A DNA stretch of 64,000 bases from a virus, in IMG/VR virus record IMGVR_UViG_3300025581_000001, positions 56,727-120,726 of that record; one strand, 5' to 3'. The notes under the pieces were generated by a model. The model searched no databases, was not told where the DNA came from, and was given only the letters and a program-made list of their open reading frames with translations. Positions 35,688-45,477 of the stretch are shown piece by piece; position 1 is the first letter of the stretch, and each line of letters opens with the position of its first letter. The translations under genes were made by a program, and so were the position numbers.

Positions 35688-36036
35688 CAACGACCAATCA
35701 AACCAAAGTAGCGACGTAGCGCAGACAAACGTGCCTGTGGAAGGCACTAACGATGTGGAAACGGGCTGGAAACGAGGCCCAGATTTACATTTTACACCAC
35801 TGACGCCTACTGACCGTGCCAAGACTTTGGTACAAGATGGTCTGGGACTATTCGATGCTGACGAGCCAAGCGTCTCGCGGCAAGTCGTGTCACTGGTGGC
35901 CTCAGCAGTAAGCAATTGTCCGAAAGAAGAACGGGTGGCGTTCCGCGTCGAGGGCAAGCTGCGGTGCGAGCGGCTGAAGCAGTTTAGCGAGATGCTTTTC
36001 AACGAGTTCATCTACCAGACGGCGACGCTCAAGTAA
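35659..36036 (+). CDS. Hypothetical protein
   Basis: AAGGAG RBS. Confidence 0.55.
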   Translation: MMASKKEIINNDQSNQSSDVAQTNVPVEGTNDVETGWKRGPDLHFTPLTPTDRAKTLVQDGLGLFDADEPSVSRQVVSLVASAVSNCPKEERVAFRVEGKLRCERLKQFSEMLFNEFIYQTATLK

Positions 36037-36042
36037 GGAGGA

Positions 36043-36342
36043 ATGATGAAGAAAAAGGATGACGCTGTGGTGGTTGTTCATTCTGAGAAGGTTCATGATG
36101 AACGTCAGGTTCCTGTATATCTTGGTGACAGCTTTCGCGAGTTGGTTCGCGACCGTGTTGGAGTTCAGGGGCTGCTTCAATACGCCGAGCGGCGCTTTCG
36201 GGAACTCGGGGTTATGGGAGAAGCAATCTGGAATAAGATTTTCCTTGAATGCGGGGTGACGCGGGGAACCGACGACCGATGGGAGTATGACCAGCAACAT
36301 AACGTAATTCGGTTGGTGAAGAAAGCTGCGCCGAAGAAATGA
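36043..36342 (+). CDS. Hypothetical protein
   Basis: AAGGAGG RBS. Confidence 0.55.
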   Translation: MMKKKDDAVVVVHSEKVHDERQVPVYLGDSFRELVRDRVGVQGLLQYAERRFRELGVMGEAIWNKIFLECGVTRGTDDRWEYDQQHNVIRLVKKAAPKK

Positions 36343-37343
36343 AGAAGCAACAACTATCGCTCAGCCTGCGGCCCAAGAGCTTCACCGAGCTGGTCGGTCA
36401 GCAGGCTGTGGTCAAGAGTATCGAGAAGCATGTCGCAGGCGAGCGGCTGGCGACCGCGTGGCTGTTTACCGGAGCCCCCGGCACTGGCAAGACCAGCATT
36501 GCCCGCATCATTGCACTGTCGTTGCAGTGCACCCATGCACCGTTCGGATACCCTTGCATTGAGTGCCGACGCAACCGCAGTAGCTTCGACATTAAAGAGG
36601 AGAAGGCTGCGACTCTAACATCTGGCGAGACACACGGCGAGGCATTGGAAGTATGGCTCAATGACCGGAACTTTCTTCCGTCGGAAGGTTCGCAACGACG
36701 GGTCTACATCCTCGATGAGCCACAGACGATTTCCGGTAAGGGACAGGATTTCCTGCTCGACGCATTGGAGCCGAAGAACCAGGTCGAGACATCGGTGCTC
36801 ATCCTGTGCACGTCGCAGCCGAGTAGATTGAACAAGGCAATGCGCCGCCGCTGCGTGAACTACCACATGCGAACGCTCAACGAGGACGAGGTCGAGCAGT
36901 ATGTAACGTGGGCTTTGCAGAAGGCAGGCAGCAAGCTTCCAGCCAAGCCTTTATCGGATGCGCTGGTTGCGAAGGAGGTCAGCGCGCCCGGCTTCCTGGT
37001 GATGGCCTGTGAACGCTATCTGACCGGGATGCCAGCGAAGGAAGCGGCGCAGGTGGACGCCGACTTCGGCTATGATCATCGGGTGCTGACGCGGGCCATT
37101 TTCCGGGGTGATTGGGAAGCAGCTCGTACCGAATTGCAGAAGGCGACGCCGGAGGATGCTGGGTCAATCCAGATGGGGGTCGCTGGCTACTTGCGGGCAG
37201 TGCTGCTGAACAGTGATGCCGGGGAGCAGGCGGCTGCGGTGTCCAAGGGCATCAAGATGCTGTCGACGAATTCGCCGGATAGGTTGATGCTGAGCATTAT
37301 TTCGGCAGTTAGCTACGACCTTTGTCGAACTTTTAAGAGGTAA
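36339..37343 (+). CDS. dnaX: Clamp loader AAA+ ATPase (DnaX gamma/tau-like)
   Basis: RPKSFTELVGQ, LFTGAPGTGKTS, C....PCIEC zinc module, VYILDE, RRRC (SRC motif). Confidence 0.88.
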   Translation: MKKQQLSLSLRPKSFTELVGQQAVVKSIEKHVAGERLATAWLFTGAPGTGKTSIARIIALSLQCTHAPFGYPCIECRRNRSSFDIKEEKAATLTSGETHGEALEVWLNDRNFLPSEGSQRRVYILDEPQTISGKGQDFLLDALEPKNQVETSVLILCTSQPSRLNKAMRRRCVNYHMRTLNEDEVEQYVTWALQKAGSKLPAKPLSDALVAKEVSAPGFLVMACERYLTGMPAKEAAQVDADFGYDHRVLTRAIFRGDWEAARTELQKATPEDAGSIQMGVAGYLRAVLLNSDAGEQAAAVSKGIKMLSTNSPDRLMLSIISAVSYDLCRTFKR

Positions 37344-37628
37344 ATGAAAATGCCATTGTGCAGGACTCCAATTGAACTGGGCCACAGCGTTGTGGTTTAC
37401 TGCGTCCTCAAGGAGAAGCATCAAGGGCGCTGCTTGCCGGAGAAGGTGCCATGCCAGAAATGTGTGGCGTTGGCGCGGTGGTGGAAGGAGCACGGTGGAG
37501 CGCCTGTGGTTGCCAGCGAGCCGAACATGTGCGTTGAGATAAGCCCGCATGACAAACAGCCTTGTGGCTTTCCGGCAGGGCATAACTATCAGCACGGTAG
37601 CGGAGTGCTGCGACGGACTTGGGAATGA
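37344..37628 (+). CDS. Cys/His-rich protein
   Basis: C...CVLKEKHQGRC, CQKC, C...CGFPAGHNYQH. Confidence 0.45.
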   Translation: MKMPLCRTPIELGHSVVVYCVLKEKHQGRCLPEKVPCQKCVALARWWKEHGGAPVVASEPNMCVEISPHDKQPCGFPAGHNYQHGSGVLRRTWE

Positions 37629-40393
37629 GAATTCTTGTCACCGCCGACGTGCAGGCTGAGTGGTCGTGCTTGCCACAGTGCCGCCAAGCGCTGTGTCAGA
37701 TCAAACTCTTGGTCAAGCAGTACGACTTGGATGCAGTGGTGGTTGCAGGCGATTTGAAAGCAGCCTACGACCCGGTGCAGGTGCGGGTCATACAGTTTTG
37801 GCAAGGTGCGATTCACCAGCTGCGCAAGTTAGGAGTCAGGGTTCTTGTGCTCTTGGGCAACCACGACCGCATCGGCATGTACAGCGACGCTCAGAACTGG
37901 CTGTCGATACTGCGGCGTGCCGGGGCCGAGACCTTCGACACCGCCGAGGTGGTGGACGTGGGCAATGGCACAATAGCGATGCTGCCGTTTACCACCTCGG
38001 TAAGTTTGCTGCGCAAGCGGGCGGCGCGGTTGGCGAAGCAGGGGGCTGACGTGTTGGTGTTCCATGCCGACGTGCGCGAGTGCCGCTACAACGCGTTGGG
38101 AGAGAAGTCGCATGCTCGGGTGTCGGTTGCCGAGTTGCACCCGGAGATGTATAAGCTGGTGGTGGGCGGGCACATCCACATGCCACAGAAGTACTATGTG
38201 GGCAGCCCGTTCTGCACCGAGTGGGGCGAGGCCAACCAGCGCAAACGGTTCCTGCTGTGGCTGGACGGCAAGACGTTAAGTATAGACTCGGAGATACCAG
38301 GTTGGTTCGATGAGTCGTGGCCGGGCTTCAAGAAGCCTGCGAGTTGGGAGGGAACGCATGTACGAGTCCATGTGGACTGTGAAAGCAGTAACTACCTCAG
38401 GAGAATGCAGGCCGCTGCATCTCTCAGCAATAAACGCTTCCGAGGGGCAAGTATTAGCATTTTGCCTAAGTTTGGAAATGCTGGAGTCATACGAGATACA
38501 AGCGTTGGAGTTGGTGCTTCCGACGAAGCAAACATTGCTCAGTACGTTGCTGAGACATTGCCTGCAAGACTGGACGCCAAGCAGGTGGTGGGGTTCTTAT
38601 CGCACAAGGTCGACGCCGTAGCTCGACGCCGCCGTGTTGAAGGGGCGCAGATACGCATCACGGGGGTCGAAGCGCAGAACGTCCTCAGCTTCAAGAAGGT
38701 CGAGTGCAGATTCGACCAGCCTGGCATCACCTGTGTCGAGGGGGTCAACCACGACTGGAACGGGCAGAGCAATGGCGCGGGTAAGACCTCGCTGCTCAGT
38801 CTTATCTCGGTGGCATGGAGTGGTACGACATTCAAAGGGCAGAAGTTCGACGGCTGGGCTCGGCAGGGAACTAAGCGACCAGCATGGGTGAAGCTGCACT
38901 TGCAGGACGCAGTGGGCACCAAGCTGGACATGGTGCGTGGGCGCAGGCCGGTAAAGCTGCAGTTGTGGGTGAATGGACACGATCAGTCGGCGGGCATGAA
39001 CCGTAGCGCCAAGGACGGCACCCAAGCGCTCATCGAGCAGGTCACAGGCTTCACGTGGCAGACGCTGGCCAACAGCGTCTACATTGACCGTGCCACTACC
39101 GACGCCTTCCTGCGAGGCACCAAGAAGGACAGGGCCGACCTGCTATACCGCTTCCAGAATCTGGAGCGCTTCGAGAAGGCGCTGCTGCTGGTGCGCGACG
39201 ACACCCGCAAGCACGGCGTTGCGATCGAGCAGGCGCAGGCGGCGGTCGACATGCTGGATGGACAAGTGGTGTCTGCCAAGGAGCATTTGCAGCAAGCGAG
39301 AGATGAAGCGCAGTATGTCACCACGCATCAACACGAGCAATATCGTAATGGTCTGACAATATGGAAGGCATTGCATCAGCGCGAGTTGGCGACTGAGAAA
39401 TTGTCGTATCGTACGCAGCGGGTGCTGGAGCCGAAGTACAAGAAGCTGAATGCAACACTGTCAATTTGCGAAGGCAAACTCGACAGCAAACGTATTTCCT
39501 TGGCAGCAATGCAGCGGGTGCTGGATAGGAATGAAGCGCTGCCACAAGGTGGAAAATGCCCCATGTGCGGCTCTACCGTCGATGCCAAACGATTAGGCCG
39601 CGACAGCGCAAACGTGCGCAGAGAGATGGCATCTGTTGCGGCATATGTACCGCGATTGGAGTCTAATTACAGCCTTTTGCGATGCCGCAGTGCGGAATTG
39701 GAAGCCAAGATTGATACCGCAAAGCTTGCGTGGGCCGAAGCGAAATCGAAAGCCGGTCTAGAGTATGACCGCCTGCGATTCATCAAGCGCCAGTTGAGTG
39801 AGCAGCGCGACCGCGAGCGCAAGTCGGTGGCTGACGCCAGGAAGAACTACCTGCGGGTGAAGGAGCAGTTGATTGAATATAAGGCATACGTGGTGTCGCT
39901 GCAGTCCGAAGAAGGCTTTTACGCTTACTGTGAGCACGCGCTATCCCGAGACGGCCTACCTGCCTTCCTCATTGCTCAGCTCGCTGTTCCGCTTACAAAA
40001 GCGGCTGAGGATTACGCAGCTCTGTTTGCAGACGGAGAGATACAAGTACGGTTTGAGGCTGAGGGTGGAGGAGTCGAGCCTCGGATCATCAATGCCCACG
40101 GCGGTGGCACACTGGGTGATCAGTCGCTGGGTGAATCTGCTGTGGGAGCACTTATTGCTGCGTTCGCTCTACGAGAAATAGCGCCCCGGACGAACCTGCT
40201 GATACTGGACGAGCCGGGGCTGGGCATGACCGCGCACAACCTGCGGATGCTGGCGCGTGGGCTGGTGAAGCTGAAGCGGAGGTTCCCGAGCATCTTCGTG
40301 ATTACCCATAGCCCGTTCCTTGCCGGTGAGCTGGCGGGCGAACGAGTGATGCGAGTGGAAAAACGCGATGGAATATCGAGGTTGGTGCAATGA
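37625..40393 (+). CDS. SbcD-SbcC (Mre11-Rad50) fusion nuclease/ATPase
   Basis: Metallophosphoesterase motifs TADVQ, AGD, GNHD, FH, GHIH; then SNGAGKT, CPMCG zinc hook, SLGE signature, LLILDEP, ITH. Confidence 0.9.
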   Translation: MRILVTADVQAEWSCLPQCRQALCQIKLLVKQYDLDAVVVAGDLKAAYDPVQVRVIQFWQGAIHQLRKLGVRVLVLLGNHDRIGMYSDAQNWLSILRRAGAETFDTAEVVDVGNGTIAMLPFTTSVSLLRKRAARLAKQGADVLVFHADVRECRYNALGEKSHARVSVAELHPEMYKLVVGGHIHMPQKYYVGSPFCTEWGEANQRKRFLLWLDGKTLSIDSEIPGWFDESWPGFKKPASWEGTHVRVHVDCESSNYLRRMQAAASLSNKRFRGASISILPKFGNAGVIRDTSVGVGASDEANIAQYVAETLPARLDAKQVVGFLSHKVDAVARRRRVEGAQIRITGVEAQNVLSFKKVECRFDQPGITCVEGVNHDWNGQSNGAGKTSLLSLISVAWSGTTFKGQKFDGWARQGTKRPAWVKLHLQDAVGTKLDMVRGRRPVKLQLWVNGHDQSAGMNRSAKDGTQALIEQVTGFTWQTLANSVYIDRATTDAFLRGTKKDRADLLYRFQNLERFEKALLLVRDDTRKHGVAIEQAQAAVDMLDGQVVSAKEHLQQARDEAQYVTTHQHEQYRNGLTIWKALHQRELATEKLSYRTQRVLEPKYKKLNATLSICEGKLDSKRISLAAMQRVLDRNEALPQGGKCPMCGSTVDAKRLGRDSANVRREMASVAAYVPRLESNYSLLRCRSAELEAKIDTAKLAWAEAKSKAGLEYDRLRFIKRQLSEQRDRERKSVADARKNYLRVKEQLIEYKAYVVSLQSEEGFYAYCEHALSRDGLPAFLIAQLAVPLTKAAEDYAALFADGEIQVRFEAEGGGVEPRIINAHGGGTLGDQSLGESAVGALIAAFALREIAPRTNLLILDEPGLGMTAHNLRMLARGLVKLKRRFPSIFVITHSPFLAGELAGERVMRVEKRDGISRLVQ

Positions 40394-41208
40394 AAATAGT
40401 AAGACCGTACATGCGGATGTTGACGAGTGGTGCGGTGGTAGACCCTCAAGATGGTCTTGGCATATCTGAGGAGTGTCGTTATGACATGCCTTTGGATTTT
40501 ATCAACTGGTGTGCACGCATTTCACATCGCGCCGAGGATGCAGAGAATCAGGATGTTGAGCGATTCCTGCGCAGCGTGGTGCTTCAGCATGGCGATTGGT
40601 CAGTTACCGAGCACGTGAGCATCTCGGTGGATGCATATGTCGACCGTGGCATCACGCATGAGATCGTGCGCCATCGGCTGGGCGCGTACACTCAGGAGAG
40701 CACGCGCTTCGTGAACTATGCGAAGAAGATGCTACCGAGCTTTATTTATCCGATTGTGGGTGTCGAGTGCGAGCGCTGTTTGGGTGGCGATGAGGTTTTG
40801 TTTAATCGCAAAGAGCAAATACTAATGCATCAAGTTTCCGGCAGTACAGCAGATGGCAATGATTTGTGGAAACCATGCTGCTATGAGCAAGCTTGGCTTC
40901 AGGCTATTCACGGCAGCGAATCGTCTTATAAAGTTCTGCTGCTTTCAAATCAAGAGTATGGCAGTGGTTGGCGACCGCAGGAAGCCCGCTCGGTGTTTCC
41001 CAATGCGCTGGCGTCGAGAATTATCATTACTTACAATTTAAGGCAATGGAGACTTTTTTTTCTTATGCGAACTAGTGCTGAAGCACACCCGCAGATGCGG
41101 CAGGTGACCATTCCCCTGCTTGAGGACTTCAAGAAGGCGGTGCCGGTGCTCTACGAGGACATCGAGCCCAACGCCAAGCAGTCGGACAATTTGAAAAAAG
41201 CACGATAA
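40390..41208 (+). CDS. thyX: FAD-dependent thymidylate synthase
   Basis: SVTEH, RGITHEIVRHRLGAYTQESTRF, QEARSVFP, NLRQW..F..MR....AHPQMR. Confidence 0.93.
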   Translation: MKIVRPYMRMLTSGAVVDPQDGLGISEECRYDMPLDFINWCARISHRAEDAENQDVERFLRSVVLQHGDWSVTEHVSISVDAYVDRGITHEIVRHRLGAYTQESTRFVNYAKKMLPSFIYPIVGVECERCLGGDEVLFNRKEQILMHQVSGSTADGNDLWKPCCYEQAWLQAIHGSESSYKVLLLSNQEYGSGWRPQEARSVFPNALASRIIITYNLRQWRLFFLMRTSAEAHPQMRQVTIPLLEDFKKAVPVLYEDIEPNAKQSDNLKKAR

Positions 41209-41226
41209 CTAAAGGGAGGAACTAAA

Positions 41227-41469
41227 TTGGCAGACGAAAAGGTACGAGAACAAGGAGTAGTTGATTGGTTCAATGCGGCCAAGGGCTACGGTTTCATCAA
41301 GCGCGAGGGCGGCGACGACGTGTTCGTGCACTACTCGGCGATACGCGGCGAGGGCTTCCGCGAGTTGCAGCCGGGCGACAAGGTCGAGTTCGGTGTCATT
41401 GACGGCAAGAAGGGCAAGCAGGCCGAGGACGTCGAGGTGCTTGCGCCAGCAAAAGAGGTGACGCCATGA
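41227..41469 (+). CDS. cspA: Cold-shock protein
   Basis: [15 protein letters not shown] (RNP1), DVFVHYSAI (RNP2); GGGAGG RBS with TTG start. Confidence 0.93.
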   Translation: MADEKVREQGVVDWFNAAKGYGFIKREGGDDVFVHYSAIRGEGFRELQPGDKVEFGVIDGKKGKQAEDVEVLAPAKEVTP

Positions 41470-41654
41470 CCGATGAGGATTGGTCAGCACGCTACAAGGC
41501 GCGACTGATAGCAGGCAGTAGAGTGGATGAGGACACAGCGCAGGATTGCCTCGACGCTTGCCCGTTGGATGAGTTGAAGGATAGCTTCGAGGACGATCCC
41601 GAGGGTGCAGCTAACGAAGAAATGTCCTACTGGGAACTGGACGAGGAGGACTAA
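41466..41654 (+). CDS. Small acidic protein
   Basis: [14 protein letters not shown] motif; GAGGTG RBS. Confidence 0.55.
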   Translation: MTDEDWSARYKARLIAGSRVDEDTAQDCLDACPLDELKDSFEDDPEGAANEEMSYWELDEED

Positions 41655-42041
41655 ATGTTCGCAGTGATCGTGGGTGATATGTCGCTGGAAAAGCCAGCCG
41701 ACCGACAGCGGGTATTCGACTTGGTCGACGAGCTGGGCCGCAAGTACGCTGATTTGGTTATCGTTAGTGCGGGCTGTGACCGGGGCATCGGGAGGTTCGT
41801 GCGCGAGCGCTGTATCAAGGGCAAGCGCGACGTGGGCTTTGTCGAGTATGCGGTGTATCCGTGGGCCAGCATGTCGAGCGTGCGGTTGGCGCAGGTCTAC
41901 ATCGCTAAGAACGCGACCTTGGTGGAGGTGGGCGAGGAGTTTCATGTGTTTGTGGCAATGGGCCGGGAGCACGGGCACATCCAGGACTTAGTGGAACGTG
42001 TACGTAGTGCTAAACACCAACCGCCACTGACAATTTATTAA
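41655..42041 (+). CDS. Hypothetical protein, possible SLOG-like fold
   Basis: VIVG...IVSAGCDRGIG...KNATLV. Confidence 0.5.
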   Translation: MFAVIVGDMSLEKPADRQRVFDLVDELGRKYADLVIVSAGCDRGIGRFVRERCIKGKRDVGFVEYAVYPWASMSSVRLAQVYIAKNATLVEVGEEFHVFVAMGREHGHIQDLVERVRSAKHQPPLTIY

Positions 42042-42369
42042 GGAGTCTGAGTCACCGTGGTGCTCGCTGCCTAGTCTCAATCGAGAACGTGTGCGAGGCG
42101 CTAGGAGCGTGGGAGAAACGAATGCCTGATTGGACATTAGTGGTTGCTTCATTCGTTCTTGGGTTATTTACGGGGGCCTGGTTGATGCAGGCGTTCCGAG
42201 ATTGGCTTGAACGTGAGCGCAAGGTGCTGAAAGCGTGGCCCAAATGAACGCATTATTTCACAGCAAGCATAGTTATAGTTGGAGGCTGTTTAGGTATCCT
42301 AGCCATCAAATACGTGGTTCGCCCAGTGTTTGTATGGCTAGACCGCAAAGTAGATGGAGCGTGGCCCAA

Positions 42370-42564
42370 ATGAACATCGTTATCACCATCACGACCAACC
42401 GCGCTGACGCAGAGAGCATGAATCGCTTGGCCGCTGCCTGGCATGACGCGGGTCGGGATGCTGGAGACTGGGCGAAGATCATCCAAGGCGTAACGAATCT
42501 GTTGGGTAATCCAGACAACGCAATAAGCCTGGAGTTGGAGAAGTCGAAGAAAGGATGCAAGTGA
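42370..42564 (+). CDS. Small hypothetical protein
   Basis: MNIVITITTNRADAE...; start uncertain. Confidence 0.4.
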   Translation: MNIVITITTNRADAESMNRLAAAWHDAGRDAGDWAKIIQGVTNLLGNPDNAISLELEKSKKGCK

Positions 42565-42704
42565 TGAGCCGATACCCGGCACAGCCGATGATTAGATTTT
42601 ATCTTGGACGATTCAATTTTAACGGATGGGCCTTGGAAGTGTGGTGTTCTTACGAAGTACCATTTATTACAAACATCTATTGAGGCGTTGCGCAAGGAGA
42701 AACC

Positions 42705-43124
42705 ATGAACATCACAGAGCAGTTGATGCGGGATGAGGGGCTAAGGCTGAAGCCCTACCGGGATTCAGTTGGCAAGCTGACCATCGGTGTTGGCCGTAAC
42801 TTGGATGACGTGGGGATCAGTGAGTCAGAGGCGATGACGCTGCTTTGGCATGATGTGCAGGATGCCAACACCGAATTGATCGCTGCATTGCCGTGGGCGT
42901 TTTCGCTGCGAGCTAACGAACCAATCCGATTCTTTGTGTTAGTCAATATGGCCTTCAACATGGGCATCTCTGGCCTGTTGCAGTTCCACAACACACTTTC
43001 TCACGTACAGGCCGGAAACTACCTAACAGCAGCCGATGACATGCTGTTGAGCAAGTGGGCCACGCAGGTAGGGGATCGAGCGCAACGACTGGCAGAGCAG
43101 ATGCGAACAGGGGTGTGGCAATGA
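42705..43124 (+). CDS. Endolysin, T4-lysozyme-like (GH24)
   Basis: DEGLRLKPYRDSVGKLTIGVG (E-8x-D-5x-T triad), NMAFNMG, SKWATQVGDRA. Confidence 0.92.
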   Translation: MNITEQLMRDEGLRLKPYRDSVGKLTIGVGRNLDDVGISESEAMTLLWHDVQDANTELIAALPWAFSLRANEPIRFFVLVNMAFNMGISGLLQFHNTLSHVQAGNYLTAADDMLLSKWATQVGDRAQRLAEQMRTGVWQ

Positions 43125-44812
43125 GCACAAGTGAACCGATGAGCGCGGAACGGTGGCAGCAATGCAAGCAAGCACTAATGAGCTATACAGACAAGACAAT
43201 ATGGGCTTGCGACTTAATTTGTGAGATGAACCGCCTGCGTTCGGCTCCCGCACAGCAACTAACTGGAGACGATGATTCCGTGGCTCATGCACGGAATACG
43301 GTGCCGGTGGATGTTGTGGCTGATGTGGATCGCGGGATTGCTCCACTCGTCGCTGCGCTCAATAAGATTCCCGGCGTCCGGACGTTTGCAAGCTGCGAGG
43401 GGCATCCCCACAGCACAGCTGGAAATACCAGCCCTTACGTCATGCTCTACGTTGGCGACGTAAAACAGGTGGCTATTGTGGCTGAGGCGATTGAAGCGGC
43501 GGTAAGTTCGGCTCCCGCACAGCCTGAACTTGATTCTTTGGAGAGGGAGTACAAGGGTGCACAGCCTGAGCAACCCCGTAATCAGACCCTAGAACGAGCG
43601 CGAGAAATCGCCAAAGAGCACGAACACGATTGGAGATTTCCGCAACCCTGTATGAGCGGCGGTAAGCAGTATTGTGGTATCTGCAACATTCTCAGGGAAG
43701 ATGCAATTCGTAACGATGAAATTCGTCGTCTAACACAGCCTGAGCATGGCGACGTGGAAGCGGCGCAAGGGGTTCTAACATGCCTGTTTTGCGGTGAACC
43801 AGCGGATCACAAATGCGGCGATGACCATGATTGCGGGAATTGCTGCGGGATGCGTGGAGGATTAGCTCACCAAGACGCGAGAACTTACAAGTGGCTACAT
43901 GACATTGTTCGCCCCCATCTCAAAAAACTGAAGGACGCCGCCTCCGTAACCGCCGCGCTGCGGGCCGAACTGGCCGAGCGCGATGCTGACGATGAAGCCT
44001 GCATCAACTGCAACAACGAGATTCTAGAGAAATACGAGGCCGATTTGGACGCGCTGCGGGCCGAGTTAGAAGATGAACGCGATGCTAAAGACGCGCTTGG
44101 AGTCGAGAACGAGCGGCTCAAAGAGCAAGCAGCCGAGCACACCAGATGGGTTCTGCTTAACGCTGTAGACAAGTTTGAGAACGAGCGGCTGCAAGGCGAA
44201 CTGGCTGAGTGGAAAGCCAAACAAGCGGAATCGTTCGCATTCTATGAAGATGCGGTTCGCCAACTAGAGGCTTGTCGTGGCGAACTGGCGCAGATGAGGG
44301 AGGCGTTGCGAGAATGTCTCCACTGGTGCCCAGACTGCGAAGGTGATATGGAAAAGCCATGTGATTTTTGTACAAAGCAGCGGAACGCAATTTCCTCCAC
44401 CACATCCAGCAGCGCATGGCTGGCCCAGCACGACCGCGAGGTTGCAGCGGGAGCAGTCCTGCGTACTCCGCCAGCATCAGAAGAGCAGGAAAAATATGGC
44501 ATTGCGTGCCTGAAAACTATCCGCATGGAACCAGCACATCCCCCTGATTTCTCTAAATTTCCTCCTGAGATCGTGCTGTTTGTTAAGAGTGCGCAGTTTG
44601 CGTGGGATATTTGGCAAGAATCGGGGGCTGACGATGGAACGCTGGCCGACATACAGTGGTGGTTAGCTGCTGCTATCCAAGAGTACGCAGCCTCTAACGA
44701 CAGCGAGGTTGCGGCCAAGGCGCTGCGAGATGCGGCAGATGCAGATTTTATAAGACTACAGCCATCATGGGAACAGGTGGCTGAATGGCTCCGTAAGGGA
44801 AAATGCAAATGA
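43121..44812 (+). CDS. Mosaic accessory protein (TYW3-like segment, Cys clusters, coiled coils)
   Basis: DVDRGIAPLVAALNKIPGVRTFASCEGH; several CxxC clusters; paired short repeats. Confidence 0.6.
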   Translation: MSTSEPMSAERWQQCKQALMSYTDKTIWACDLICEMNRLRSAPAQQLTGDDDSVAHARNTVPVDVVADVDRGIAPLVAALNKIPGVRTFASCEGHPHSTAGNTSPYVMLYVGDVKQVAIVAEAIEAAVSSAPAQPELDSLEREYKGAQPEQPRNQTLERAREIAKEHEHDWRFPQPCMSGGKQYCGICNILREDAIRNDEIRRLTQPEHGDVEAAQGVLTCLFCGEPADHKCGDDHDCGNCCGMRGGLAHQDARTYKWLHDIVRPHLKKLKDAASVTAALRAELAERDADDEACINCNNEILEKYEADLDALRAELEDERDAKDALGVENERLKEQAAEHTRWVLLNAVDKFENERLQGELAEWKAKQAESFAFYEDAVRQLEACRGELAQMREALRECLHWCPDCEGDMEKPCDFCTKQRNAISSTTSSSAWLAQHDREVAAGAVLRTPPASEEQEKYGIACLKTIRMEPAHPPDFSKFPPEIVLFVKSAQFAWDIWQESGADDGTLADIQWWLAAAIQEYAASNDSEVAAKALRDAADADFIRLQPSWEQVAEWLRKGKCK

Positions 44813-45009
44813 AGCGGCGGTAAACATTCGCCTGATTGCTGGCTTGGAAATCTGCTCTCCTCCATCGCCTCCAGCAGGCTTGAAAATGGTGATAACAAAT
44901 GATGAAGCTGATTATAGTTAGAAGCCATCTGCGATTCTTGCGCACTGCGCTTTCACCTAGCGTTTATGCACTTGCAACGCATCGCAAGCATGTGTGGTAC
45001 AGCAGGCTC

Positions 45010-45037
45010 TTGACACCCGGCTAATCGTTCGTACAAT
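45010..45037 (+). promoter_or_regulatory. Sigma-70-type promoter
   Basis: TTGACA-16 nt-TACAAT upstream of an AAGGAG RBS and ATG at 45095. Confidence 0.65.
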
Positions 45038-45094
45038 GAACGCAGTGTGGACACCCGTACTTTGAGCACAACCTACCAAAAGGAGTTAAGGCAA

Positions 45095-45274
45095 ATGGCA
45101 GATAAGACACCGGCTCAGCCGAGTACACCAGCAAGAGGAACCTCGCCTAGCAAGGGCGTAGACCGCGCCGCCAAGACCAGCTGGGATTCGTGGCACCAGC
45201 ACGGCAACCAGAACCCCGGCGAGGCCATCGCCGACTCGCCGCAGAAGAATCCCATCCAGCCAGGAAAACTTTAA
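45095..45274 (+). CDS. Small disordered protein
   Basis: AAGGAG RBS; P/Q/S/K-rich. Confidence 0.55.
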   Translation: MADKTPAQPSTPARGTSPSKGVDRAAKTSWDSWHQHGNQNPGEAIADSPQKNPIQPGKL

Positions 45275-45477
45275 TGGAAGAGATACGCGAGCCCCACTCC
45301 ACGGTACAAGCGCGCCGTCGCAATGCCGCTAAGGGTGGGCTGAAGACCGCCGCTACTTATCCGCTGGAAGTGCGCCGCGAGTGGGGCCGCAAGGGCGGGC
45401 TGGGTACGCAAGAACGCTACTCGAACGAGTTCTTCAAGCACATCCGTGGGCTAAGAAGGGATACATGCGGCGACTAA
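45274..45477 (+). CDS. KGG-motif (stress-induced repeat) protein
   Basis: AAKGGLKT...EWGRKGG...EFFKHI. Confidence 0.65.
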   Translation: MEEIREPHSTVQARRRNAAKGGLKTAATYPLEVRREWGRKGGLGTQERYSNEFFKHIRGLRRDTCGD

